Source: an uncultured Gammaproteobacteria bacterium (lineage in GTDB: Bacteria; Patescibacteriota; Microgenomatia; 2-02-FULL-39-11). Taken from it: 64,000 nucleotides of DNA. Position 1 is the first letter of the stretch. Each line of letters opens with the position of its first letter. The stretch is taken from positions 148,898 to 212,897 of the forward strand of contig CAZFNL010000137.1 in assembly GCA_964520615.1 (NCBI GenBank), given 5' to 3'. The notes beneath the pieces are model-generated. The model was given only the letters and a program-made list of their open reading frames with translations, did no database searches and had not been told where the DNA came from. Positions 1-9,972 of the stretch are shown one piece after another. Position numbers and translations under genes: made by a program.

Positions 1-623
1 ATATTTGTCGGCGTCATCTTTTGGGTTATTTTATAAATTAAATATACGTTTAGAAGATATGATAGTAAAAACATCAGCTTGAAATTTAGAAGTGTCGGAA
101 CAAACTTTCCAAATCCCAAAAAAGAAAAAGGTAATGTCACGAGTATCCATATCGGTCCGTACGGGTAGGTCCTGTGTGTCCAATGCATAAATCTGGTCCA
201 AAGGTCATTGGGATAATTGAGTGCTGAGTGGCTATAGGGATTGGCATGATAAAGTGTAATAATTCTGGCGTCAAACATATAATTGAATATATCATACGAA
301 AAAGCCGGGTATGAAAAGAAAAGAAAAACGCATGCTAAAGTAATTATGGTTATTATCTGACGGAAATTTATCTTCTTTTTTCCTATCAAAAACAATGTCA
401 AAGAATACAAAATATATAGACTACCCAATATTACACAATAAACTGCCACTGATATTGGCCTTTGGTAATAACCCAGATATATCAGTTGTTTTTGGAAAAA
501 CTGGTAGATATGGTTTGAGGAAAGCGTAAGGTTTAAGTCTATCTGAGAATATGAATAAACCGACAAAAAAAGAAAAACAGAAATATAAAGTGCGAGGAAA
601 AATAAAAATTTAGCTCGGTTCAT
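1..623 (-). CDS. Polytopic membrane protein, partial. The C-terminus lies beyond the window start. It is missing from the ORF track because it has no in-window stop.
   Basis: Hand translation of the minus frame (forward triplets = 0 mod 3) is open from 650 down to position 1. There is an ATG at 621-623, and it overlaps the upstream GT2 gene by 14 bp. The protein reads MNRAKFLFFLALYISVFLF...YDIFNYMFDARIITLYHANPY...: several hydrophobic helices with membrane-protein composition. Confidence 0.45.
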   Translation of the reverse strand, partial: MNRAKFLFFLALYISVFLFLSVYSYSQIDLNLTLSSNHIYQFFQKQLIYLGYYQRPISVAVYCVILGSLYILYSLTLFLIGKKKINFRQIITIITLACVFLFFSYPAFSYDIFNYMFDARIITLYHANPYSHSALNYPNDLWTRFMHWTHRTYPYGPIWILVTLPFSFLGFGKFVPTLLNFKLMFLLSYLLNVYLIYKITQKMTPTN

Positions 624-1386
624 AATCTTTCTTCTCAATGTAAGTGCCGTTTATACTATTCCACCTGATTCTTAAAAGATCCAAGAAACTTTCAATTGAA
701 TCCTTTATCGGATTAATGTGCCGTGTTTCCTGGTAATGCCACTCAACAGGAACTTCAATAATCTTATATCCCAAAAGCTTTGCCAGATAGAGTACTTCTA
801 CATCAAAACCTGCAGTAACTGTGGACCCGCTGACCCGACGTTTTAGGCTAAAAACTTGCAGCCTAGGAAAAATATCCAAAGCTGCCTTCCGGCTGAAAGC
901 CTTAAAGCCACATTGGGTATCAGAAATTCCCAGATTAAGTATAAAATTGCGTAAAAAAACAAATCCCCTTGCCATGGCCAAACGGAAAATTGGAGCTCCT
1001 TTTCTTTTGTCTTTGCGGGAACCGATGACGATGTCAATTTTTTTTTCAAAGTACGGCAAGAGGCTATTTATCTGACTAATGGGAGTTGCCTGATCCAAAT
1101 CAGAAAATAGAATTACTTTGCCCTTAGCATGCAAAACTCCTGCAGTAACAGCTGCTGCTTTACCTTGGTGTTTTTTTCTTAACAAACTGAATTTTTTATG
1201 GTCTTTGATAAAACTCTTTATAAGTGAAATACTATCATCAATACTACCGTCATCTACCAATATCACCTCATATGAAAAATTCCTTTTCCTCAGAAAATGT
1301 GAGACGCTTTCCAACGCACCCAACCTAATATTTCTTTCTTCGTTATAACAGGGAATAATGACTGATAAAAAAATTTCTTCTTGCAT
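610..1386 (-). CDS. Family 2 glycosyltransferase (dolichol-phosphate/polyprenol-phosphate sugar transferase-like)
   Basis: The N-terminus VIIPCYNEE...ILVDDGSIDDS carries the GT2 DXD-region signature. Size is 258 aa. Confidence 0.8.
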   Translation of the reverse strand: MQEEIFLSVIIPCYNEERNIRLGALESVSHFLRKRNFSYEVILVDDGSIDDSISLIKSFIKDHKKFSLLRKKHQGKAAAVTAGVLHAKGKVILFSDLDQATPISQINSLLPYFEKKIDIVIGSRKDKRKGAPIFRLAMARGFVFLRNFILNLGISDTQCGFKAFSRKAALDIFPRLQVFSLKRRVSGSTVTAGFDVEVLYLAKLLGYKIIEVPVEWHYQETRHINPIKDSIESFLDLLRIRWNSINGTYIEKKDYEPS

Positions 1387-1392
1387 GTCGGA

Positions 1393-2901
1393 TCAACCTT
1401 GATAATGTTTTAACAAAAAAACTCTAACTGTAACAACTTTCCATTCTTTCACTACTTCTGCCCTCCCGAATCCGGCTATCTCCCAAAGAGGATTACCCAG
1501 AGGATTGCACTCTTTATCTTCACATACCACAATGAGTGTATCTGTAACGGTTTTACGTGCAGGATCAACCGATGGAGTCTCAATTACCTGCGGTGGACGC
1601 CCCCACACCTCCAGAAAATATCTGTAAGCCTGGTCAGAGTTCCTCAGTGCAATAAGAGCGAAATTATAAGGTTTTCCGTCTGCCATTTTATAGACAAACC
1701 TGGAAACATCTTCAGTATTTTTGAGCATATTATTTGGAGGAATAAGAAGCGGATTTTTCTGGAGATTAAAAAAGGACAAGGCGATAATTACCAACACAAC
1801 CGCAATCTTACCAATATTCCTATGCTGCCATATGATAGAAAATGCAATACCGGTTATAAGAAACGGTGCGGCAAAAAGAGAACCGAAATAATAATCATAT
1901 ATTACTCCCCTATATATCCCAAAAGCGATAATTCCCGCAATAAACCAAATTCCTAAGATCGAAATGGACGATATTTGTTCTTTTTTCATTCTCACCTTAT
2001 TCCAGTAAAAATAAATTAGAACTGCTAAAAAAAGTATAAAAATTTTAGTCAAGTCAGCATCGGAAATAACAACCAACCTCCAGAAAAGTCTAACAAATAC
2101 ATCTGAAACAGTATTCCAAAAAGAAATTATAAAGGGCACGTTATGCACGTGTTGCTCCTCTACCAAAAACCTAAGGACAGCTTTGGTGTTTACAAAACTG
2201 TGCCGCAGTTCAAATAGAACGAATGGGGAATACGTCAGTAAAAATCCAAAAAAAGAATAGATATAATATTTCAACGGGATCCGAAATCTGATAAGAAAGA
2301 GACACGCTAATATGATTGGTAAAAACATGAATGTCACGTAGTGAAGCTGCAAAAGTATCCCCAAAGACAAAGCTATAATCACTAACCATCGGTTTTCTCG
2401 TCTTATGATAATTTTTAGAAGTCCGTAAATGATAAGAAGGGCAAAAAAAGGCACAACGTTGGGATTCCAAGACGATCTACCGTATGTTATCGTCAATGGA
2501 GATATTGCATAAAGAAAAGACGCTACCACTCCTGTAAACGGATTGAAAAAATCATTGCCTGTTCTGAATAAAAGATAAATCGTAGCTACGCTAAAGAGAG
2601 CCACCATGACAGCCGGACCGACTGGGTTTAACCCCCACAGAAAAAGAAAAGGAACCATCATATAGTAATATATTGGCCCCATATACATGGCTCCAACACT
2701 GGTGATTGGACCCAAAAGAGTCAACTTATGATCCACTATAATCCTTTTGACCACCAACACATCCCGCCCCTCATCTCCTAGAAATGTCATATATTCATTT
2801 ATCCTGTAAAGCCTAAGGAATGCACCCAAAATGAGTATGCCAAAAAGCAGCAAAAGTGGTATATATTTTTTCCAATTGGCGGATTTTTTTGATTTATCCA
2901 T
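1393..2901 (-). CDS. GT-C superfamily membrane glycosyltransferase (ArnT/PMT-like), 502 aa
   Basis: It has >10 predicted TM helices, an N-terminal RLYRINEY...FLGDEGRD loop motif typical of ArnT/PMT_2-type enzymes, and a C-terminal soluble domain. Confidence 0.55.
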   Translation of the reverse strand: MDKSKKSANWKKYIPLLLLFGILILGAFLRLYRINEYMTFLGDEGRDVLVVKRIIVDHKLTLLGPITSVGAMYMGPIYYYMMVPFLFLWGLNPVGPAVMVALFSVATIYLLFRTGNDFFNPFTGVVASFLYAISPLTITYGRSSWNPNVVPFFALLIIYGLLKIIIRRENRWLVIIALSLGILLQLHYVTFMFLPIILACLFLIRFRIPLKYYIYSFFGFLLTYSPFVLFELRHSFVNTKAVLRFLVEEQHVHNVPFIISFWNTVSDVFVRLFWRLVVISDADLTKIFILFLAVLIYFYWNKVRMKKEQISSISILGIWFIAGIIAFGIYRGVIYDYYFGSLFAAPFLITGIAFSIIWQHRNIGKIAVVLVIIALSFFNLQKNPLLIPPNNMLKNTEDVSRFVYKMADGKPYNFALIALRNSDQAYRYFLEVWGRPPQVIETPSVDPARKTVTDTLIVVCEDKECNPLGNPLWEIAGFGRAEVVKEWKVVTVRVFLLKHYQG

Positions 2902-2910
2902 AAACCGGTT

Positions 2911-4044
2911 TTAGCTTTTAATATGGGTTTTCCATATAAAACGGCTGTAAGCAAAATAACTGTAAGGTATAACAAGGAAAACTATTGAAAGCACCATAAA
3001 TACAAACCAGCTGCCCACTCCAAAGAAATGAGTTCCCACCCCGACAACAACTCCTTGAATCAGGATAGCACCGACTGAGACAAGATTAAACTGTATGAAT
3101 TTTGAAACAATACGGTTGTTGTTTATTTTCTTATGGGAAAAGGTCCACAAGTTATTCAGTATGAAATTGGAGATTATTGCACCTTCTGCTCCTACTGATA
3201 CGGAAACACCCGGATTAAAAGACGACAATATAAGAATTTTGGAAACAAATGTCTGAATTAGAAATCCTATACCTCCGACTACAACATATTTGAAAAAACT
3301 GGCCGAACGTTCCAGTCTGATAGAAATACTGTTATTGACATATTCAACAATATCACGAAAATAATAACGGTTAAATCCGATTTTTGACTTTCCAAACCGT
3401 CTTTCCTTAAATACCACCGGCACTTCGCAAAACTTAGCTTCGGTTTTTGACAGTTCATAAAGTATTTGCAGCTGAAAGGAAAAACCGGCATTCTTCATCC
3501 TATCCAAATCCACCTTATCAAGAATCTTTTTTACCCTGATCGCCTTAAAATTACCAGCGTGATCTTTGACTTCACGAACGCCTGCCACAAACCACGCAAG
3601 AAGGGTATTTGATACATCATGATTTAATTTCCTAAACCAATTCCAACCCAACACTTTGCCACCGGCAACGTGACGGGAAGCTACCACCACATCAAATCCT
3701 TCATCAATTTTTTTGACCAGTTTGGGATAATCAGCAGGATCCCATTGGAAATCGGCGTCATTGGGAATGACGATATCCGCCCCCAATTTCGTCATGGCAT
3801 ATTTATATCCAAGGATAAGCGCCTTACCCAATCCTTCCTTTTTTTTCAATAACAATCTTACGTTCTTACTTTTCTCCATATATTTCTTCGCTACATTTGC
3901 TGTACCGTCAGGAGAATGATCGTCAACAACAAGTATCATATTTTCCCATTTAGGATATTTTTTCCCAACGCTGTTTATCATATCGATCATTTTGCCGATA
4001 TTTTCTTTCTCGTTGTACGTGGGAATTATATGAACAATTCTCAT
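2911..4044 (-). CDS. GT2 glycosyltransferase fused to a C-terminal GtrA-like 4-TM domain
   Basis: The N-terminus HIIPTYNEKENI...VVDDHSPDGT is GT2. The C-terminal roughly 120 aa has 4 hydrophobic helices with a GtrA-like pattern. Confidence 0.75.
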   Translation of the reverse strand: MRIVHIIPTYNEKENIGKMIDMINSVGKKYPKWENMILVVDDHSPDGTANVAKKYMEKSKNVRLLLKKKEGLGKALILGYKYAMTKLGADIVIPNDADFQWDPADYPKLVKKIDEGFDVVVASRHVAGGKVLGWNWFRKLNHDVSNTLLAWFVAGVREVKDHAGNFKAIRVKKILDKVDLDRMKNAGFSFQLQILYELSKTEAKFCEVPVVFKERRFGKSKIGFNRYYFRDIVEYVNNSISIRLERSASFFKYVVVGGIGFLIQTFVSKILILSSFNPGVSVSVGAEGAIISNFILNNLWTFSHKKINNNRIVSKFIQFNLVSVGAILIQGVVVGVGTHFFGVGSWFVFMVLSIVFLVIPYSYFAYSRFIWKTHIKS

Positions 4045-5003
4045 ACTTTCTTAAAATAGGTTACTGTTCTGACCAAACCTTCCGAAAGGGGAACCTGCGG
4101 CTGCCACTTTAGAAGTCGTTTAGCTTTTGTGATGTCGGGCTTTCGCCTGTCTGGATCGTCTATCTCCTTATCTTTCACATTTATTAGATGTGACTTTGAT
4201 CTTGTAAGTTTTAGTATATATTCTCCAATTTCTCTTATGGTTTTTTCATCAGGATTACCCATGTTTATTACTTCTCCATCCAATCCTTCTTTCTGTCCTG
4301 CAATAAGCAGTCCTTCAACCATATCGCTAACATAGCAAAAAGATCTCGTCTGAGAACCATCTCCATATATCGTCAAGGGCTTATCCGATAGGACCTGGTT
4401 GATAAAGTTTGAGACAACGCGGCCATCATCAGGTTGCATTCGCGGTCCATAAGTATTAAAAATTCTCACTATCCTTATCGGCAACTTAAACTTTCTGAAA
4501 AACTCCATAGTGAGCGACTCGGCAAAACGTTTCGCCTCGTCATAACATGAACGTGTTCCGACAGTGTTTACATTGCCGTAATATGTCTCCTTTTGTGGGT
4601 GGACATGGGGATTACCGTATACTTCTGAAGTGGATGCTAAAAGAAATTTAGACCCGTTTTGACGGGCTATCTGAAGTATGTTAAAAGTACCCTCAGAATT
4701 GACTCTAAGTGTTTCTATAGAATATCTTCGGTACTGGGGCGGGCTGGCGGGAGAAGCAAGATGATATATACACTTTGTCCCACCAAGTTCTTTTTGGACT
4801 TTTTGTGATAAAGGAGAAATGATATCGTGTTTGATAAAATGAAAAGATGTATTTTTGAAGAGGTGGCTGATGTTCTTCTGGCTTCCGGTCAAAAAGTTAT
4901 CAATACAATACACTTCAAATCCTTGCTCCAGGAGCCTGTCACATAAATTTGATCCTATAAATCCCGCTCCACCTGTAACAATGCATTTGTTTGATTTCTT
5001 CAT
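4041..5003 (-). CDS. UDP-glucuronate decarboxylase (UDP-xylose synthase)
   Basis: GGAGFIGSNL Rossmann motif. HLASPASPP...LLASTSEVYG...YDEAKR...IFNTYGPRM...DGRVVSNF motifs match UXS/ArnA-decarboxylase-type SDRs nearly residue for residue. There is a 4-bp overlap with the upstream gene. Confidence 0.85.
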   Translation of the reverse strand: MKKSNKCIVTGGAGFIGSNLCDRLLEQGFEVYCIDNFLTGSQKNISHLFKNTSFHFIKHDIISPLSQKVQKELGGTKCIYHLASPASPPQYRRYSIETLRVNSEGTFNILQIARQNGSKFLLASTSEVYGNPHVHPQKETYYGNVNTVGTRSCYDEAKRFAESLTMEFFRKFKLPIRIVRIFNTYGPRMQPDDGRVVSNFINQVLSDKPLTIYGDGSQTRSFCYVSDMVEGLLIAGQKEGLDGEVINMGNPDEKTIREIGEYILKLTRSKSHLINVKDKEIDDPDRRKPDITKAKRLLKWQPQVPLSEGLVRTVTYFKKV

Positions 5004-5063
5004 TATTTGACATTTGCTGATAATTTCCTTTTTTTATCTCCCGACTATTCAATAAAATTATTC

Positions 5064-6056
5064 TTATACCCTTGCCCTCCAATAATTCAAAAGATCTTCC
5101 ATTGTCTTTTCAAAAGGGATTTGCGGTTTCCAGCCGGTTTTCTTCATGAATTTTTGTGCGTCTCCCTTGAGTACCTCTACGTCTGACGGCCGCATCCTGC
5201 TTTTATCCTGCATAACTCTGATTTTCTTTTTAGACATCGATAAAAGAAGATCAAGTACATCTCTTATTTTTATTGTTTTTCCTGAGGCTATATTGTAGAC
5301 TTCTCCAGGATCACACTTTTGCACTGAAAGATAATAAGCCTTAACCATATCCCTCACGTCGGTATAATCCCTTTTTGCTTCAAGATTACCAACATACACT
5401 ATCGGCTCCGCCTTACTCTTTTCTATCTCAGCTATCTGCTTGGCAAAAGTTGACTCGGCAAAAACATTTCCCCTTCTAGGACCGGTGTGGTTAAAACCTC
5501 TGGTGCGTATTACCCGCAATTTATAGCTTTCCCAATACTGATACCCCAAATAGTCCATCGCCAGCTTGGATACGGCATAAGGTGATAGTGGCCTGAGCGG
5601 ATTTGTCTCTCTTATGGGCAACTCATTTGCAAAGACACGTCCGTATTCTTCAGATGAACAGGCAATCTGAATAGGTATATCAAGCTGGCTTTTTCTTACA
5701 GCCTCAAAAAGATGTACAGTCCCCGTAATATTAACCTCCAAAGTGTTTGCAGGCGACTGCCAAGATGACTGGACATAAGACTGAGCGGCAAGATGGAAAA
5801 TATAGTTAGGCTTTATCTCATCAACTACCGTATAAAGGGAGTGTGCATCCAGCAGATCTGCTTCATGTAATTTGACCTTATTTTTAATATGGTCAATATT
5901 GTCGCTTTTTGATCTCCAGCGTTGCACTCCATGCACTTCCACTCCCTCGGAAAGCAACAGTTCCGCCAAATGGCTGCCTGCAAATCCGGTAATTCCTGTT
6001 ATTAACGCTATTCTATTCCCTTTCTTAGACATATAGCCCTCCAAATATACGCGCAA
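5064..6056 (-). CDS. GDP-mannose 4,6-dehydratase family SDR (Gmd/Rmd-like)
   Basis: ALITGITGFAGSHLAELLL, HLAAQS, and GNLEAKRDYTDVRDMVKAY are characteristic of Gmd / GDP-4-keto-6-deoxymannose reductase. The true start is likely the MSKKGNR methionine near 6032. Confidence 0.7.
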   Translation of the reverse strand: MRVYLEGYMSKKGNRIALITGITGFAGSHLAELLLSEGVEVHGVQRWRSKSDNIDHIKNKVKLHEADLLDAHSLYTVVDEIKPNYIFHLAAQSYVQSSWQSPANTLEVNITGTVHLFEAVRKSQLDIPIQIACSSEEYGRVFANELPIRETNPLRPLSPYAVSKLAMDYLGYQYWESYKLRVIRTRGFNHTGPRRGNVFAESTFAKQIAEIEKSKAEPIVYVGNLEAKRDYTDVRDMVKAYYLSVQKCDPGEVYNIASGKTIKIRDVLDLLLSMSKKKIRVMQDKSRMRPSDVEVLKGDAQKFMKKTGWKPQIPFEKTMEDLLNYWRARV

Positions 6057-6118
6057 AACCAGTGATGCCAGTAATTAGCGCAACCTTTTTAGCTGATTTT
6101 TTCATAAATTCCTCCTTT

Positions 6119-7414
6119 TTATTCCCTTCCAACGCCTTTATAAGTAAATCCAAGATTTTTAACCTTCTGAGGGTCGTAAATATTGCGCCCGTCAAAAAGA
6201 AAGAAATGTCTCATCACTGATTTCAATGCAGATAGATCTAACTGCTTAAACTCATTCCATTCAGTCAATACCAATACAGCATCAGTTCCCGCTACTGCAT
6301 CCATAGCGCTTTTAGCATAAGTGACATCTTCTGGCAACACTTCACGGGCTTTATCCATAGCTACAGGGTCAAACGTCTTTATATTGGCGCCCTCCTGTTT
6401 CAGTTTTTTTATGACGTCAATTGAAGGAGCCTCTCTCATATCATCAGTATTTGGCTTGAAAGCTAAACCCAATACAGCAATAGTCTTACCTTTTACTCCC
6501 TTTAGAGTCTTTATCACTTTTTCAATAAACCTTTTTTTTGCTTCTTGGTTTATTTTATATACTGCCTTCAGAAGCTCAAAATCATAACCTTTATTCTGGG
6601 AAATGGCAATAAGCGCCTTCACATCTTTTGGAAAACAGCTTCCACCGAAACCCACTCCTGGGTAAAGGAAACTCCTTCCCAACCTTTTGTCTAGCCCCAC
6701 ACCCGTCAAGACCACTTCCACATCCGCCCCTACATGATCACAGATAAAGGCCATTGCATTGGCAAAAGAAATTTTAGTTGAAAGAAGCGAATTTGAAGCG
6801 TATTTGATCATCTCTGCGGATTCAATAGAATTCACAATTCTTTCTCCATCTATCGGTTTATGGAGATCCAGAAGTAAATCTTTGGCTTTCTGGCTATCTG
6901 CACCAATCACTATTCTATCCGGGTTGAGCGTATCCTGTAAGGCTGTCCCTTCACGCAAAAATTCAGGACACGATGCAATGTCATAACTGGATTTTTTGGG
7001 GGCAAACTTTTTCAAAATTTTGGTTACCTCTCTGTTGGTTCCCACAGGCACTGTGCTTTTAGTGGCAACCACAGTATAACCGCTTAGGCTTTTGGCAATT
7101 TCACGGGAAGCTGCAAAGACGCTTGAGAGATCCGCCTCACCGTTTGTCTTGGGTGGTGTACCGACACAAATAAATACTATCTTTGAGGATGGAACTGCTT
7201 CCTTATATTCTAGGGTAAAATGGAGTCTGCCTGCGACAATATTGCGCTTGACCATCTCAGCAAGCCCCGGCTCAAAAAAGGGCATAACACCCTTTTTCAG
7301 CTTCTCAATTTTTTCTTTTGTCCGACCTACTACCCATACATTATTGCCCAGATCGGCAAAAACCGCCGCTGAAACTAGCCCTACGTAACCATGTCCAATT
7401 ACTGCTATTCTCAT
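6119..7414 (-). CDS. ugd: UDP-glucose 6-dehydrogenase
   Basis: MRIAVIGHGYVGLVSAAVFADLG N-terminus, CVGTP, GGSCFPKD catalytic Cys motif, and a C-terminal UDPG_MGDP_dh domain. Size is 431 aa. Confidence 0.85.
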   Translation of the reverse strand: MRIAVIGHGYVGLVSAAVFADLGNNVWVVGRTKEKIEKLKKGVMPFFEPGLAEMVKRNIVAGRLHFTLEYKEAVPSSKIVFICVGTPPKTNGEADLSSVFAASREIAKSLSGYTVVATKSTVPVGTNREVTKILKKFAPKKSSYDIASCPEFLREGTALQDTLNPDRIVIGADSQKAKDLLLDLHKPIDGERIVNSIESAEMIKYASNSLLSTKISFANAMAFICDHVGADVEVVLTGVGLDKRLGRSFLYPGVGFGGSCFPKDVKALIAISQNKGYDFELLKAVYKINQEAKKRFIEKVIKTLKGVKGKTIAVLGLAFKPNTDDMREAPSIDVIKKLKQEGANIKTFDPVAMDKAREVLPEDVTYAKSAMDAVAGTDAVLVLTEWNEFKQLDLSALKSVMRHFFLFDGRNIYDPQKVKNLGFTYKGVGRE

Positions 7415-7530
7415 ATTTCTCTAGGTTTATCTAAAGAGATACCATCTTTTGATTTTTCAGAGGTTTCTCTGACATAAGGTCAATTATGAGCGAAAGTTGT
7501 CATTTCTGTAAAAAGAAGAGACTGTTTTGC

Positions 7531-8475
7531 TTACAGTAATGCTAATTGCCTTTTTACTTCCATCAAACCTTCGCAAAATGTGCGCATTTTAGCACCCAAT
7601 TTGGTTATTTTATCATTTTTCAAAGCCAGCCGACAAGGGCGAAATGCCCTACCTGCAAAATATTTATGACGCGTTACCTTTTCGTATTTTCCGTTCAAAT
7701 TGAAAGTTTTCGCAATCATACCAGTAGCCTCATAAGGAGAAAGGTTTTGGCTGCCCACTACATGAAAAATACCCTGAAATTCCCTTTCTATGAGCATATC
7801 TAGCGCTCCGGCAATATCATCGATAAAAGTGGGTGTGAAAATATGATCAGTAAGAGAAAGAAGTTTTTCGCACTTTGCCATCTTTTCCATAATCCGGCGG
7901 ACAAAATCAGTTCTTTCATCAAAAGAAGACCTATATGGATAAGACAGCCTGACTACCGCATGGGATATACTTGCGCCAAGCACAGTCGTCTCCCCTTCAT
8001 GTTTGGTATATCCGTACCAGTTGACGGGATTAGGTTCATCTTCTTCTGTGTAAAAATCTTTTGTTCCGTCAAAAACAAAATCAGTTGATATGTAAAGTAC
8101 CCTAAGGTTTAATTTTTTGGCGGCATTGACAATGTTTTTTGTCCCTTCCACATTTACCATGTACGCGGGACCGTCTTCCCCGAGTATCTTGTCATCTTCA
8201 CACCCGTCTACATCTGTTTTTGCAGCCATGTGAAGTATAGTTTTTGCTGCCGAGCCTTCACAGACATTAAAAACTTGGTCGTAATCGGTAATATCCACTC
8301 CTGTCTTGAAACTCAAATCGGTAAAATCGTATTTATCTTCCAAAAGCTCCACAACTCGCGTCCCTACGAGTCCCGACAGCCCGGTACCCAAAATAGGAAT
8401 TCTCATAAGTTTTATATATCGCTGTATTGCTCTCTGTAATATTTCTGAAATATCTCGGACTTCAATCTTTTCCAC
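7531..8475 (-). CDS. rmlD: dTDP-4-dehydrorhamnose reductase
   Basis: RmlD-like SDR (ILGTGLSGLVG...YISTDFVFDG). The annotated start overlaps rmlB by 64 bp. The true start is probably the MRIPILGTG methionine at about 8406. Confidence 0.75.
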   Translation of the reverse strand: MEKIEVRDISEILQRAIQRYIKLMRIPILGTGLSGLVGTRVVELLEDKYDFTDLSFKTGVDITDYDQVFNVCEGSAAKTILHMAAKTDVDGCEDDKILGEDGPAYMVNVEGTKNIVNAAKKLNLRVLYISTDFVFDGTKDFYTEEDEPNPVNWYGYTKHEGETTVLGASISHAVVRLSYPYRSSFDERTDFVRRIMEKMAKCEKLLSLTDHIFTPTFIDDIAGALDMLIEREFQGIFHVVGSQNLSPYEATGMIAKTFNLNGKYEKVTRHKYFAGRAFRPCRLALKNDKITKLGAKMRTFCEGLMEVKRQLALL

Positions 8476-9425
8476 CAGTCTTCATTTTTTTGGTACCAGT
8501 TGACAGTTTTCTCCAAAAGGGTATCAAAATCAGTAGCAGGCACCCAACCTAGTTCGTCTTTAATCTTAGACCAGCCCACGGCATATTTCCTGTCATGCCC
8601 AGGACGGTCTTTCACAAAAGTGATAAAACTTTCGTCTTTACCCAATATCCTGAGAATTTTCTTGATAATTCCCAGGTTTGATATATCGCAAGTCAGACCT
8701 CCCACGCAGTAAGTCTCTCCAATTTGGCCATCATGCAATACCAAATCAATAGCTTTGCAATGATCTTCTACATACAACCAATCACGAATATTTTGCCCAT
8801 CCCCGTATACAGGAACCTTCTTTCCTTCAAGAATGTTTGTCACTGCAAGGGGAATAAGCTTCTCGGGATACTGGTAAGGGCCGAAATTATTGGAGCAATT
8901 GGTGATGGTGATAGGCAAACCATATGTATGGAAATATGCCCGTACCAGATGGTCTGAAGCGGCTTTGCTGGCTGCATAGGGACTTCTGGGATTATAGGCA
9001 GTCTCTTCACTAAATTTACTTTTATCATCGAGTTCCAGCGAACCGAAAACTTCGTCTGTTGAAATATGGTGGAATTTTTTGACTTTATTTCTCAGGGCCG
9101 ACTCCAAAAGTACATGGGTACCGATAATATTTGTCTCTATAAAAGCCGAAGGTTTTTTTATCGACCGGTCTACATGGCTTTCTGCGGCAAAATGGCAGAC
9201 AATATCCGTATCACTCATCAATTTATCAACCAGTTCCCTATTGCAAATATCCCCTTTTACAAATTTGTAATTCTTCTCATTTTCGACACTCTTGAGGTTT
9301 TCCTGGTTTCCGGCATAAGTCAACTTATCAAGGTTTATGATCTCATCAGCCGGGTATTTCTTCATCCAATAAAGTATAAAGTTGCTTCCTATAAAACCGG
9401 ATCCACCAGTAACCAAAATAGTCAT
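8412..9425 (-). CDS. rmlB: dTDP-glucose 4,6-dehydratase
   Basis: MTILVTGGSGFIGSNF..., HFAAESHVDRS, and YAASKAASDHLVRAY are a classic RmlB. Confidence 0.9.
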   Translation of the reverse strand: MTILVTGGSGFIGSNFILYWMKKYPADEIINLDKLTYAGNQENLKSVENEKNYKFVKGDICNRELVDKLMSDTDIVCHFAAESHVDRSIKKPSAFIETNIIGTHVLLESALRNKVKKFHHISTDEVFGSLELDDKSKFSEETAYNPRSPYAASKAASDHLVRAYFHTYGLPITITNCSNNFGPYQYPEKLIPLAVTNILEGKKVPVYGDGQNIRDWLYVEDHCKAIDLVLHDGQIGETYCVGGLTCDISNLGIIKKILRILGKDESFITFVKDRPGHDRKYAVGWSKIKDELGWVPATDFDTLLEKTVNWYQKNEDWWKRLKSEIFQKYYREQYSDI

Positions 9426-9459
9426 AAATTATTCATGCTGATTTTATAAAAGTGAGAGC

Positions 9460-9972
9460 TTAAATCTTTTTCCAGTCAAAGCCAATTATTCTGTCGTCCT
9501 CCGGTATCCTTCCCTCCTCATCAATACTGTACGTTCCCGATGTGACATAAAAAAGTTCTGAGTCAGGGGAAATTACCTTGCATCCATGGGCTACTCCTGG
9601 CGGTATCTTTAGGACAACATTTTCCCCTTTTTCGCCAAGTATGAATTCATTTAATACTCCAAATGTCGGAGATCCTTTCCTCTTATCATAAAGGCCGACA
9701 TGTAAAGTTCCTTTTGCCACGTACCACCAGTCAACCTGGGTTTTATGTATATGCCAGGCTTTCACTACCCCTTTGTGCATATAGGAGTGGGACAACTGAC
9801 CGAACCCCTCGGCAAACATATCGTCAGTCACCCGTATCAGTTCTTCAAAATAACCCCGCGCGTCATGATGTCTGACAAGTTTTTTTATTATTATCCCTTC
9901 AATCATTTTTTTATTTTTCATTTGCTCTCCCTTTCTCGGCCCAATATTTATTTGCCTGGTATAAAGTATCAA
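9460..9972 (-). CDS. rmlC: dTDP-4-dehydrorhamnose 3,5-epimerase
   Basis: Cupin with the RmlC His-Lys motifs (GYFEEL...KAWHIHK...DWWYV). The true start is probably the internal Met at about 9921 or 9906, since the listed start overlaps rmlA by 62 bp. Confidence 0.85.
   Translation of the reverse strand: MILYTRQINIGPRKGEQMKNKKMIEGIIIKKLVRHHDARGYFEELIRVTDDMFAEGFGQLSHSYMHKGVVKAWHIHKTQVDWWYVAKGTLHVGLYDKRKGSPTFGVLNEFILGEKGENVVLKIPPGVAHGCKVISPDSELFYVTSGTYSIDEEGRIPEDDRIIGFDWKKI

Noticed and set aside
821-1348. ORF-track entries antisense or overlapping within annotated genes (for example 821..1075+, 843..1049-, 1118..1348+, and similar throughout: 2210..2470, 6321..6587, 12317..12784, 17163..17426, 25343..25666, 59413..59802 and others)
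   Set aside because: They lie wholly inside longer ORFs with clear homology and have low-complexity or biased composition, for example Gly/Val-rich antisense of PT-rich linkers. I treated them as non-coding shadows.
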